Sequence record: CM055507.1 | Direction: 5' to 3' (one strand) | DNA length: 32,000 nt | Shown: positions 9,695 through 16,959 of the stretch, piece after piece | Layout of the letters: each line of letters opens with the position of its first letter | How positions within the stretch are numbered: position 1 is the first letter of the stretch | Notes under the pieces: model-generated | The model's database searches: none | What the model was told of the DNA's origin: nothing | What the model saw: only the letters and a program-made list of their open reading frames with translations | Program-made: the position numbers and the translations under genes

Positions 9695-9715
9695 ACCAAA
9701 AACCAAGTTTTTGGT
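9695..9715. repeat. SDR family A hairpin
   Basis: accaaaaac-caa-gtttttggt, identical to 968..988. Confidence 0.9.
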
Positions 9716-9787
9716 GCTTTTTGTCTTGTTCCCAAAGATGAATTTTTTGGGACTATTTGCAAAATTTGAGGAAGGAAACAACTTATT

Positions 9788-9808
9788 CCCAAAAATGATG
9801 TTTTTGGG
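9788..9808. repeat. SDR family A hairpin
   Basis: cccaaaaa-tgatg-tttttggg. Confidence 0.85.
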
Positions 9809-9945
9809 GCAGGTAAAGGAAATATTTTTTTTGATACAGATTAGAAGAGAACCCATACCAAAAGACTACTTTTGATAAAGGCTCAAAAAATTTTGTGGAC
9901 TCTCTTTTAACGAAATAACATTATTTTGGTAAAAGATTAACCCAA

Positions 9946-10071
9946 TTAAAAAGCAGCAATTAAAGCATCAGGGAAAAATCTATTGATCTCAATTAAGAGA
10001 CCAGCGACAACAGTTAAACTTACTAAAGTTAAAACTGGTGCTGTTGATAAATATGTAGTAAAATCTTTCAT
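9946..10071 (-). CDS. psaJ: Photosystem I subunit IX (PsaJ)
   Basis: Not in the ORF track (too short). My translation of the minus strand gives [41 protein letters not shown] (41 aa), which matches the PsaJ consensus (...YLS.APV......[14 protein letters not shown]). Confidence 0.88.
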   Translation of the reverse strand: MKDFTTYLSTAPVLTLVSLTVVAGLLIEINRFFPDALIAAF

Positions 10072-10105
10072 TTGAAAAGTCTCCCTTTTTTTTGTTTTGA
10101 GCTGG

Positions 10106-10128
10106 CCCCAAATTTGTCAAATTTGGGG
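10106..10128. repeat. SDR family B hairpin
   Basis: ccccaaattt-gtc-aaatttgggg followed by aagg; about 35 nt upstream of psaJ. Confidence 0.92.
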
Positions 10129-10447
10129 AAGGCAAAATGTAAATAGAAATTAATCTACAACTATCTACCTATGTGAAAATTTTCAAAAAAATCAACTACT
10201 CTTTAAAGTCTCTTTGTGAGAAAAACGACTAGATTTCCTAAACAGTCTGTATTAAGAACCCACGTTAATACCCAAAAAAGCTGTTTAAGCCCAAATTGAC
10301 TAAATTTGGTCTGAAAAAAAATTTTTTAGTTCTAACGATGACTTTACCAAAAACAATGTTTAATACCAAAAACATCATTTTTGGGAAACAACGAGACACT
10401 TGAAAAAAGTTTATCTCTTATGTAGACTAAAAAGAGTAATGATCTCT

Positions 10448-10521
10448 CGGGATGTAGCGCAGTTTGGTAGCGCTCCTGTTTTGGGAACAGGAGGTCGCAG
10501 GTTCGAATCCTGTCATCCCGA
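10448..10521 (+). tRNA. trnP: tRNA-Pro (UGG)
   Basis: 74 nt cloverleaf: acceptor cgggatg/catcccg, anticodon arm cctgt-tttggga-acagg (UGG), T-loop ggttcgaatcc. Confidence 0.93.
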
Positions 10522-10594
10522 ACGCCTTTAGTTCAGTTGGTAGAACGCAGGTTTCCAAAACCTGATGTCGTGGGTTCAAGTCCTACAAGGCGTG
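10522..10594 (+). tRNA. trnW: tRNA-Trp (CCA)
   Basis: 73 nt: acceptor acgcctt/aaggcgt, anticodon arm caggt-ttccaaa-acctg (CCA), T-loop gggttcaagtcc. Starts at the base immediately after the trnP discriminator. Confidence 0.92.
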
Positions 10595-11038
10595 AAAACG
10601 TTTCTTTCTTTTATTTTCTCAAAAAAAAGTTCAGTTTGGTAGTTTTTTATTTTTAAGAATTCATAAAATTATTAATTCTTCCTACTATTACTAAAATTTG
10701 TATCTTATGACACTTAGGCGATTTGCTTGAAAAGAGCCAGAAAACTTCATTTATTAAATTCTGTATTAATTTATGAAAAAAGAAACCAATCTAATTGGAA
10801 CGAAAAACCTTATTTTAGGTCGAATTTACCAAAAAATAAAAAATGGATCGTTTTTTCTTAACCTTTTGAAAAAACCTAGTGTTAAAGTGTTTACCAAATT
10901 ATGTTAATTTCGTTGTAAGCGACCACTATTCCAATTTTTTTTTTCAAATTCAGGACAACTACTGATAAAACGTAGATTTGTGTCACTGGGAGGCCTGAAA
11001 TTCAGGCACTTTGAGACATAGACAGCACAAGCAGCTAT

Positions 11039-11374
11039 TTAAAAAGAGGGTTTCCCTGTAATTTCATAATTAACAAATGGCAATAATCCACCCATTCGAG
11101 CTCTTTTGATTGCATTTGCCATTACACGTTGTTGTTTTGCTGTTAATCCTGTGGCTCTTCTAGATAAAATTTTTCCTTGCGGACTAATAAATTTTACTAA
11201 TAATTTGGTATTTTTATAATCAATTGTATAACGAGGAGCTGGTTGTGTTGTAGTCGAACTATCAACTTGACCTTTTTTAGGAATTAAAACAGGAATAACT
11301 TTACGTCGGTTTTTGAAAGATTTTAGAGTTCTTCGTTTTTGCTGAATTCCAGCCATTGCATTTTTTACCTCCAT
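11039..11374 (-). CDS. rps18: 30S ribosomal protein S18 (plastid)
   Basis: ORF 11039..11425 contains ...[50 protein letters not shown] (S18 core). The track start is a TTG inside a family A repeat. ATG candidates are at 11374 (MEVKNAMAG) and 11356 (MAGIQQK). Confidence 0.85.
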   Translation of the reverse strand: MEVKNAMAGIQQKRRTLKSFKNRRKVIPVLIPKKGQVDSSTTTQPAPRYTIDYKNTKLLVKFISPQGKILSRRATGLTAKQQRVMANAIKRARMGGLLPFVNYEITGKPSF

Positions 11375-11420
11375 CTTGATGTAGAAATTTTGTTCTTTCT
11401 GGTGACACCTTGGTGATTGC

Positions 11421-11441
11421 CCCAAAAATAATATTTTTGGG
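11421..11441. repeat. SDR family A palindrome
   Basis: cccaaaaata-a-tatttttggg; supplies the spurious TTG start of the rps18 track ORF. Confidence 0.88.
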
Positions 11442-11552
11442 ATTACCTCCGTTTTACCAATAAAATTTGTTGAAGAGTTTGTTTGGACAAAAACCTATAT
11501 TAACCCCAATTATGCGGGTTTGCTAGGCTGAGCTCCTCCAACCTTCTTAAAA

Positions 11553-11571
11553 CCAAAAACTTTGTTTTTGG
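11553..11571. repeat. SDR family A hairpin (part of an inverted B-A module)
   Basis: ccaaaaac-ttt-gtttttgg. Confidence 0.88.
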
Positions 11572-11581
11572 GACCTGTTGG

Positions 11582-11604
11582 CCTCAAATTTTGCCAATTT
11601 GAGG
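11582..11604. repeat. SDR family B hairpin (part of an inverted B-A module)
   Basis: cctcaaatt-ttgcc-aatttgagg followed by aagg. Confidence 0.9.
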
Positions 11605-11626
11605 AAGGTAAAGAAACAAATTTTAA

Positions 11627-11974
11627 TTAATTTTTTACTAATAAAACTAACTGTTCAAAAGCTTGTTGATCACGAAGTGCAACTTGGCTTAAAACTTTTC
11701 TATTAAGTTGAATTCCAGCTTTTTTCAAATTATGACGAAATTCATTATAATTTAATCCATAAGAACGAGCTGCAGCATTGAGACGAGTAATCCAAAGCCC
11801 ACAAAATTCACGTTTTTTTTGTTGACGATCGCGATATGAATAACTTAAAGCCTTCATTGTTTGTTGCTGCGCAGTTCTAAAGAGTTTTGACGATGAACCT
11901 CGAAAACCTGAAGCTAATTTTAGAACTTGTTTTCTCCGTTTTCGGGCTACATTGCCTCGTTTTACTCGAGTCAT
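11627..11974 (-). CDS. rpl20: 50S ribosomal protein L20 (plastid)
   Basis: [26 protein letters not shown]... is a canonical L20 N-terminus at ATG (rc of 11972-11974). The track ORF adds 3 codons from a TTG. Confidence 0.93.
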   Translation of the reverse strand: MTRVKRGNVARKRRKQVLKLASGFRGSSSKLFRTAQQQTMKALSYSYRDRQQKKREFCGLWITRLNAAARSYGLNYNEFRHNLKKAGIQLNRKVLSQVALRDQQAFEQLVLLVKN

Positions 11975-12149
11975 ATTTAGCAATCCTTTTTTAATAAATT
12001 TTTTTTATAAAACACAATCAGAAAAAAATTTTTCTTCCCATGATATGTTTATCACATAAGGGGTAGTAGAATCAAAAATTAAATTAGAACATGAATGAAA
12101 TTGGCCCGTTCCAAAATTCTGAGAGTTTTGGACAACCTTTTAATTTCTT

Positions 12150-12174
12150 TCTCAAATTTTGTAAAAATTTGAGA
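12150..12174. repeat. SDR family B hairpin
   Basis: tctcaaatttt-gta-aaaatttgaga, perfect 11 bp. Confidence 0.9.
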
Positions 12175-12550
12175 CCAGGTGTATTAGTTATTTTGAGAGA
12201 TTCATCATGGTAATTTGTTCACGAAAAATTTTTTGAAATTGTTAAAATAGCGTTTCTATCTACTCTTTGATCTTAATAAACAAGGTAAACTCATTTTATA
12301 TTAAAGTCAAAACGAGTTGTCCCTAAAACCCGTGACTTTTTCTTTTTCCCAATTTGAAAGACTTGAGACTAAACAATATTGCCCTAAATTTTTAAAAATG
12401 GAGAAAAGGAGTCATTTAGTAATTTGGTTGTAACTCTTCTAAATTAACTAATCTAGTAGATTTGGAAGATAAGCTAGTAACTAAAAAATTAAAAGGAAAA
12501 TATCCTTTTAATTTTTACCAATAGAAGGGTTTTACTTGATAGAATTTGAC

Positions 12551-12571
12551 GATAAAAACAATGTTTTTGTC
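12551..12571. repeat. SDR family A variant (GACAAAAAC type)
   Basis: gataaaaac-aat-gtttttgtc (one G-T pair). Confidence 0.8.
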
Positions 12572-12624
12572 AAAAATTGCAAATAGAATGTATTTTCATT
12601 CTAGTGTTTTATAGAAAACTTGTC

Positions 12625-12697
12625 TACCCCCAGGGGAATTCGAATCCCCGTTTCCTCCGTGAAAGGGAGATGTCCTAGGCCTCTAGACGATGGGGGC
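12625..12697 (-). tRNA. trnE: tRNA-Glu (UUC)
   Basis: The reverse complement reads gcccccatcgtctagaggcctaggacatctccctttcacggaggaaacggggattcgaattcccctgggggta, the classical plastid trnE with anticodon UUC. Confidence 0.94.
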
Positions 12698-12816
12698 TGA
12701 GAGTTAAAACGTAATTAAGTAGTTTTTATAGTAAAATATTTGATTTCTTTTGTCAAGCTGTATTGTTTCATTTTATCCTTACTTAACAAGAAGTTTATTC
12801 ATCAAAATTATTACTG

Positions 12817-12890
12817 GAGCGGAGGTAGGATTCGAACCCACGGCCTTAAGGTTATGAGCCTTACGAGCTACCAGACTGCTCTACTCCGCT
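12817..12890 (-). tRNA. trnfM: tRNA-Met (CAU), initiator-type
   Basis: The reverse complement reads agcggagtagagcagtctggtagctcgtaaggctcataaccttaaggccgtgggttcgaatcctacctccgctc. It has A11:U24 and an AAGG/CCTT anticodon stem like plastid trnfM, but position 1:72 is A:U and position 73 is C (see findings). Confidence 0.8.
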
Positions 12891-12949
12891 TTCTTTTTGT
12901 TTAATTTATAAACATCTTACTAAATTGAAAAAATTTTGTCAACTGACTC

Positions 12950-12970
12950 CCCAAATTTGAAAAATTTGGG
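12950..12970. repeat. SDR family B hairpin
   Basis: cccaaattt-gaa-aaatttggg. Confidence 0.9.
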
Positions 12971-13226
12971 AAATAAAGCAGCATGGATAAGTGTATTAAA
13001 ATAAAAATCATATTTTTTAAATAAAATTTTAACTCTTCAAGGCTCAAAAAAGAAACACTTTACTAGTATCTATAATGTTGAGAACGGAATCAATTGCACT
13101 AACAAAAAAGGTATGTTATCCTTAATGAAAGAAAACTCAAAAACAAAAACAAAAGTAAAAAACACAGTTTTTGGTTCAGGTTCTCTATTTATGTTAAAAC
13201 TAACACGAACGGTCTGGTTTTAGAAT

Positions 13227-13298
13227 GCGGGTATAGCTCAGTGGTAGAGCGGCACCTTGCCAAGGTGCATGTCGCGCGTTCGAATCGCGTTACCCGCT
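13227..13298 (+). tRNA. trnG: tRNA-Gly (GCC)
   Basis: 72 nt: gcgggtatagctcagtggtagagc..., anticodon arm gcacc-ttgccaa-ggtgc (GCC), acceptor gcgggta/tacccgc. Confidence 0.93.
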
Positions 13299-13336
13299 TA
13301 GATCCCGTCAAAACCTGGGTATCTAAACAAATTATT

Positions 13337-13423
13337 GGAAAGGTGGCAGAGCGGTTGAATGCATCGGTTTTGAAAACCGACGTAGTTGTGAGACTACCGG
13401 GGGTTCGAATCCCCCCCTTTCCG
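13337..13423 (+). tRNA. trnS: tRNA-Ser (UGA)
   Basis: 87 nt class II tRNA: acceptor ggaaagg/cctttcc, anticodon arm tcggt-tttgaaa-accga (UGA), long variable arm, T-loop gggttcgaatccc. Confidence 0.93.
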
Positions 13424-13491
13424 GAATCTCAACTTTAATTTTTTAAAACTCTTAACAAGAGGATGTAAAAAAGACTTCCCCCAAAAACTTT

Positions 13492-13508
13492 GTTTTTGAG
13501 AATAGGTA
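13492..13508. repeat. SDR family A core
   Basis: caaaaac-ttt-gtttttg. Confidence 0.75.
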
Positions 13509-13562
13509 AACTCATTTTTTTAATTTTCTAGTTTTAATCTCAATTATTCTTTCCCTTACACT

Positions 13563-13583
13563 CCCAAAAACTTCGTGTTTGGG
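13563..13583. repeat. SDR family A hairpin (1 mismatch)
   Basis: cccaaaaac-ttc-gtgtttggg. Confidence 0.8.
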
Positions 13584-13598
13584 GCTTCAGCTTGTTGG

Positions 13599-13621
13599 CC
13601 CCAAATTTGAAAAATTTGGGG
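13599..13621. repeat. SDR family B hairpin
   Basis: ccccaaattt-gaa-aaatttgggg followed by aag. Confidence 0.92.
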
Positions 13622-13809
13622 AAGTTTAATTGCCAAGTGTTTTAAAAACTTTTTTCTTTTTTTTATTTTACGATACAATAGTAAAAGAAATGAGAAAAAA
13701 CTCTTTTTTCGAAAAGAGTCTAAATTATTTTTGTTACAAGCTTCATAAATTTGAAGTTCATAAACCAAAAAGTGCGAAGCACTTACTAAGAGTAAGGAGT
13801 AAATTTTCA

Positions 13810-13914
13810 ATGGAAGTCAATATCCTCGGCGTGATTGCAACTGCTTTATTTATTATTATCCCAACATCTTTTCTTTTAATTCTTTATGTAAAAACTGCAA
13901 GTCAAGAACAATAA
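13810..13914 (+). CDS. psbM: Photosystem II protein M
   Basis: The C-terminal 34 aa of track ORF 13630..13914 are [34 protein letters not shown], which matches the PsbM consensus. ATG at 13810-13812. Confidence 0.9.
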
Positions 13915-14137
13915 AATTTTCTTAAGCAAATACTTAGAGAATCTCTAAAATTTTGTTAATTTATGAGGCAAAACCCTGTTTTTGTCACCATAAACCCAAA
14001 TTCTGGAATTTTATGATAGTGACCTCTAAAAAGAACAATCTTTTTAAATTGAATTCTGTCGTTTCAATTTCTTTGAGTTCTCTTAAATTCTACTCAAATT
14101 GATTAGCTAACTAGAACCTGTCCCAAAAACAGGGTGA

Positions 14138-14160
14138 TCCCAAATTTACCAGATTTGGGA
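14138..14160. repeat. SDR family B variant
   Basis: tcccaaat-ttaccag-atttggga; flanked by ctgtccc (14118-24) and gggacag (14157-63). Confidence 0.8.
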
Positions 14161-14301
14161 CAGGGAGTAAATCAATATTTTTAGAGAAATATAACCAAAT
14201 GGAAACATTTTGGTTAAAAAAAACATTAGGGTGACAAAGTTTTTGTCAGCCGAACCAATTATTTTTATAGTTGGTAGAAGTTTTATTCGCACTATTTTTT
14301 T

Positions 14302-14383
14302 TGGGCCGAGCTGGATTTGAACCAGCGTAGGCAAAGCCAGCGGATTTACAATCCGCCCCCATTAACCACTCGGGCATCGACCC
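14302..14383 (-). tRNA. trnY: tRNA-Tyr (GUA)
   Basis: The reverse complement reads gggtcgatgcccgagtggttaatgggggcggattgtaaatccgctggctttgcctacgctggttcaaatccagctcggccca; anticodon GUA, long variable arm. Confidence 0.94.
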
Positions 14384-14440
14384 TCAAATTTCTAACTAGT
14401 AAATCAACTATTGAACGGTAAAGCTCAAAAAAACTGTTTT

Positions 14441-14522
14441 GTTTTTTGTTTTTTTTACTATTCCTAATCTTTAGTCTACTAAAGAAAAAAACAAAAAACA
14501 ACTCGTGTTTTTTGTTTTTTTT
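14441..14522. repeat. Local T-rich repeat triplet (direct, inverted, direct) between divergent trnY and trnL
   Basis: gttttttgtttttttt occurs at 14441..14456 and 14507..14522. Its complement aaaaaaacaaaaaac occurs at 14485..14499. An inner 7-bp hairpin is ctttagt-ct-actaaag (14469..14484). Confidence 0.8.
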
Positions 14523-14557
14523 AGTACAATAAAACTAAATTTTGTAATCAACTTTTA

Positions 14558-14903
14558 GGGGATATGGCGGAATCGGTAGACGCAACGGACTTAAAGGTAC
14601 AACTTCACTCATTTTTGAGCCTTTAAAAGGAAACTTTTAAAGTGAATGCTCTCAAATTCAGGGAAATTCATAAGAAATTTTTCAATATGAGCGATCCTGA
14701 GTCAATTTAAAGCTCTGACACAAATTCTTTGAATTTGTGAACAGTTAAATCTTTAAAAGGTGCAGAGACTCGACGGGAGCTATCCTATCAATTGACTTAA
14801 GTATTTCTTGAGTCACGCTAGAGGATAAAGAGAGAGTCCAGTTTCACAATCTGAAAATCCGTTGGTTCATTGAACCGTGAGAGTTCAAGTCTCTCTATCC
14901 CCA
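14558..14903 (+). tRNA. trnL: tRNA-Leu (UAA), split by a group I intron (exons 14558..14592 and 14854..14903)
   Basis: Exon 1 is ggggatatggcggaatcggtagacgcaacggactt. Exon 2 is aaaatccgttggttcattgaaccgtgagagttcaagtctctctatcccca. Joined, they give an 85-nt tRNA with anticodon loop cttaaaa (UAA). The intron sits between U34 and A35. Confidence 0.93.
14593..14853 (+). other. Group I intron (trnL-UAA intron, cyanobacterial-type), 261 nt, no ORF
   Basis: Conserved cores are seen directly: ...tgaatgctctcaaattcagggaaa..., ...gcagagactcgacgggagcta..., ...aaagagagagtcca..., with a terminal G before the 3' exon. The insertion site is the canonical one. Confidence 0.9.
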
Positions 14904-15014
14904 AATTGAATTTCAATTTAAAAAAACTAGATTCATTTTCTAACTTTTTTTTGAAAGGATACCATTGTAGTGCTTCAACTCTTTCTCAAAAATAAAATTT
15001 TTACTAACCTCTTC

Positions 15015-15054
15015 TGACAAAAAGTTTTCAATCTAAATTGAAAACTTTTTGTCA
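15015..15054. terminator. Perfect 18-bp stem, 4-nt loop, between convergent trnL and psbH
   Basis: tgacaaaaagttttcaat-ctaa-attgaaaactttttgtca. Confidence 0.65.
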
Positions 15055-15131
15055 ACACCTTACTCTAATTTTAAGATCACTTTTTTCTATTTTGAGAACA
15101 GAATAGAAAAGGAAAAAAAATCCAAGTTTTT

Positions 15132-15151
15132 CCCAAATGAATTCATTTGGG
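15132..15151. repeat. Family B-like perfect palindrome
   Basis: cccaaatgaa|ttcatttggg (20 nt, contains gaattc). Confidence 0.85.
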
Positions 15152-15176
15152 GTCAGAAACACGCTTTTTTGTTTTT

Positions 15177-15202
15177 GGTTGAAAAATTTAAATTTTTCAA
15201 CC
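15177..15202. terminator. Perfect 26-nt palindrome 23 nt downstream of the psbH stop
   Basis: ggttgaaaaattt|aaatttttcaacc. Confidence 0.6.
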
Positions 15203-15224
15203 AAATATTTTTTAACGAATATTG

Positions 15225-15467
15225 TTATTTAGCTAAAGATTCCCAGCTCATTGTAACATCATCAAGAAGAACTGAACTGTTGTAAATTTCTAAAATAATT
15301 AGAAGAAAAACTGCAAATAGAGCCATAAAAATACCCATCAATACAGTTGTACCCCAACCAGGAGCCACTTTACCATACTCAGAATTTAAGGGTTTAAGAA
15401 GAGTTCCTAATGGAGTAGAAATTCCAGTGTCTTCTGTTTTTACTTTTGATGTAGTTCCAGTTGCCAT
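15225..15467 (-). CDS. psbH: Photosystem II phosphoprotein PsbH
   Basis: [71 protein letters not shown]... (80 aa). ATG at rc 15465-15467. The upstream 22 codons of the track ORF are rejected. Confidence 0.93.
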   Translation of the reverse strand: MATGTTSKVKTEDTGISTPLGTLLKPLNSEYGKVAPGWGTTVLMGIFMALFAVFLLIILEIYNSSVLLDDVTMSWESLAK

Positions 15468-15543
15468 AATTTTTTTGCTCAAATATTTTTGTTTTACTTT
15501 CTGTAAAAAAAGAGAACCCCAAAAAAAAAACACAAAATTGTTG

Positions 15544-15568
15544 TCCTCAAATTTGGAAAATTTGAGGA
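15544..15568. repeat. SDR family B hairpin
   Basis: tcctcaaattt-gga-aaatttgagga, perfect 11 bp; about 80 nt upstream of the psbH ATG. Confidence 0.92.
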
Positions 15569-15841
15569 AAGGAACGAGTCCAGAAAATTTCGTTTTTTGT
15601 TCCAGTTATCCCACTCAAAATTGCTGCTTTTTGTTACTAGTAAAAACTAGAAAAAAAACATTGTTTTTAATCTAAATATAATGGTGAAAAAAGTTTAAAC
15701 TTAAACTACTACTAGAACGAATTTAGGGTTGATTCGGAGGTTAAAACTTTTTACGACTTTTCTATAAGTCTATTATATAATAAGTTTTCAATTAGAAAAA
15801 AGTTTTAGCTAGATTTACTGTGCGCAAAAAAGCTCTAAATG

Positions 15842-15868
15842 TGTCCCAGATTTAATAAATTTGGGACA
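15842..15868. repeat. SDR family B hairpin, extended
   Basis: tgtcccagattt-aat-aaatttgggaca (one mismatch). Confidence 0.85.
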
Positions 15869-16271
15869 GGAACAAAAAACGATATTTTTAGCAAAGAAAA
15901 GACCTGTTTAATAAAAAAAGGTAGGTCGGTTTAAAAAAAGGTTTTCATTTAAATTTTATGTTGAATTTTATTTTTTCAGATTAAAATATGTTTTCAACTA
16001 AATGAAATTTTTTTGTTAAAATGAAAATAAGAAAAAAATTTATTTTTATTTTGTTTTGACTAATTTATTCTTAGTAAAAGATTTGTCTTAAATAAGACTT
16101 ATTTTTAATTCGGCAGAAGCTGGACTAAACCTCTAATTAAAAACCAAATTCTGTAACAAAAACGAAGTTGCAATCAAAAATGTTATTTTTTGTACAATGC
16201 CGTATTGTTTTTTAAAAAAGTGTTTTTGGTCCTTTTATTCTCACAATTTAGTAAATAATCATTTAGTTATT

Positions 16272-16406
16272 ATGGAAAGTCCTGCTTTTTTCTTTACCAT
16301 TTTTTTATGGTGTTTATTATTAAGTATTACTGGTTATTCTATTTATGTTGGATTTGGTCCACCCTCGCAACAACTCCGCGATCCTTTTGAAGAACATGAA
16401 GATTAA
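16272..16406 (+). CDS. psbN: PsbN (photosystem II assembly factor)
   Basis: [44 protein letters not shown] (44 aa). The conserved ...[18 protein letters not shown] tail is present. It lies on the strand opposite psbB-psbT-psbH, as usual. Confidence 0.92.
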   Translation: MESPAFFFTIFLWCLLLSITGYSIYVGFGPPSQQLRDPFEEHED

Positions 16407-16442
16407 GGTGTCGCAAATCGCGTAATGAATTTAACAGAAAAA

Positions 16443-16479
16443 TCTACCCTTTCTTCAAATTTGTGAAAAGGGGGGTAGA
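16443..16479. terminator. Imperfect long hairpin 37 nt downstream of the psbN stop
   Basis: tctaccctttc ... gaaaaggggggtaga, an outer 7-bp plus inner 4-5-bp stem with a bulge. Confidence 0.45.
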
Positions 16480-16498
16480 ACCCCGATCTGTAAATTTG

Positions 16499-16528
16499 GA
16501 ACCTGTGAGTTTTAAAACTCACAGGTTC
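16499..16528. terminator. Perfect 30-nt palindrome between convergent psbN and psbT (candidate bidirectional 3' stem-loop)
   Basis: gaacctgtgagtttt|aaaactcacaggttc; every position was checked as complementary. It is unique sequence and belongs to neither SDR family. Confidence 0.7.
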
Positions 16529-16565
16529 TCTTTAATTTCGTTTCTCCGAAAGCAAAATAAACAGT

Positions 16566-16661
16566 TTATTTTACAATACGTGGAGGTTCTCTAAAGAAAA
16601 TAGCGAAAAAGATAATACCTAATGTTCCAACTAATAAAAAAGTATAAACTAATGCTTCCAT
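16566..16661 (-). CDS. psbT: Photosystem II protein T
   Basis: Not in the track. My minus-strand translation is [31 protein letters not shown] (31 aa), which matches the PsbT consensus [26 protein letters not shown]. Confidence 0.9.
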
Positions 16662-16783
16662 AGAAAAAATTTCCTTTGGTTAGTAACAAAACACTGTTTT
16701 AACTAGAAAAAAAGAGAAAACGTGCTTGTATAGAAAAGTGAAAAAAATTAGACCAAAATTTCACAAAAAAAAATCAGAACAAA

Positions 16784-16816
16784 ACTATTACCAAAAACGA
16801 AGTTTTTGGTAATAGT
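16784..16816. repeat. SDR family A hairpin, extended; psbB-psbT intercistronic
   Basis: actattaccaaaaac-gaa-gtttttggtaatagt, perfect 15-bp stem. Confidence 0.93.
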
Positions 16817-16959
16817 TTTTGTCACTATTTATTCCAAATTACTTCCCTTCCCCAAAATTGATAAATTTAGGATTACCTGAAATAGTTTGGGATTCTCTGA
16901 AACAATTGGGACTAACCCAGATTCTAGTGTTTTAATTGTAAAAAAATGGAAAAAAAAAT

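Noticed and set aside
8518-9875. Track ORFs 8518..8733 (-) and 9633..9875 (+)
   Set aside because: The first merges spacer repeats with an out-of-frame overlap of the rps7 3' end. The second is composed of four repeat copies (…PKTKFLV…PKMNFLG…PKMMFLGQ…).
10595-11038. A possible small gene or tRNA in the SDR-free trnW-rps18 spacer
   Set aside because: Scanning both strands by eye found no cloverleaf-like T-arm motif and no hydrophobic mini-ORF. The only feature is a weak palindrome, gcctgaa-a-ttcaggc (about 10992..11006), downstream of rps18.
13241-13438. Track ORF 13241..13438 (+)
   Set aside because: It lies entirely across trnG-GCC and trnS-UGA, so it is a translation of tRNA genes.
13556-14334. 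Track ORFs 13556..13810 (-) and 14146..14334 (-), and the N-terminal 60 aa of ORF 13630..13914
   Set aside because: They are repeat-derived or overlap trnY. Only the last 34 codons of 13630..13914 (psbM) are credible.
15049-15675. Track ORFs 15049..15285 (+) and 15427..15675 (+), and the 22-codon extension of psbH
   Set aside because: They are spacer or antisense translations. PsbH begins with the conserved MATGTTSK at ATG 15467.
15900-16200. The very AT-rich stretch in the psbH-psbN spacer as a replication origin
   Set aside because: The only evidence is base composition. No defined origin motifs can be recognised by eye, so this would be pure speculation.
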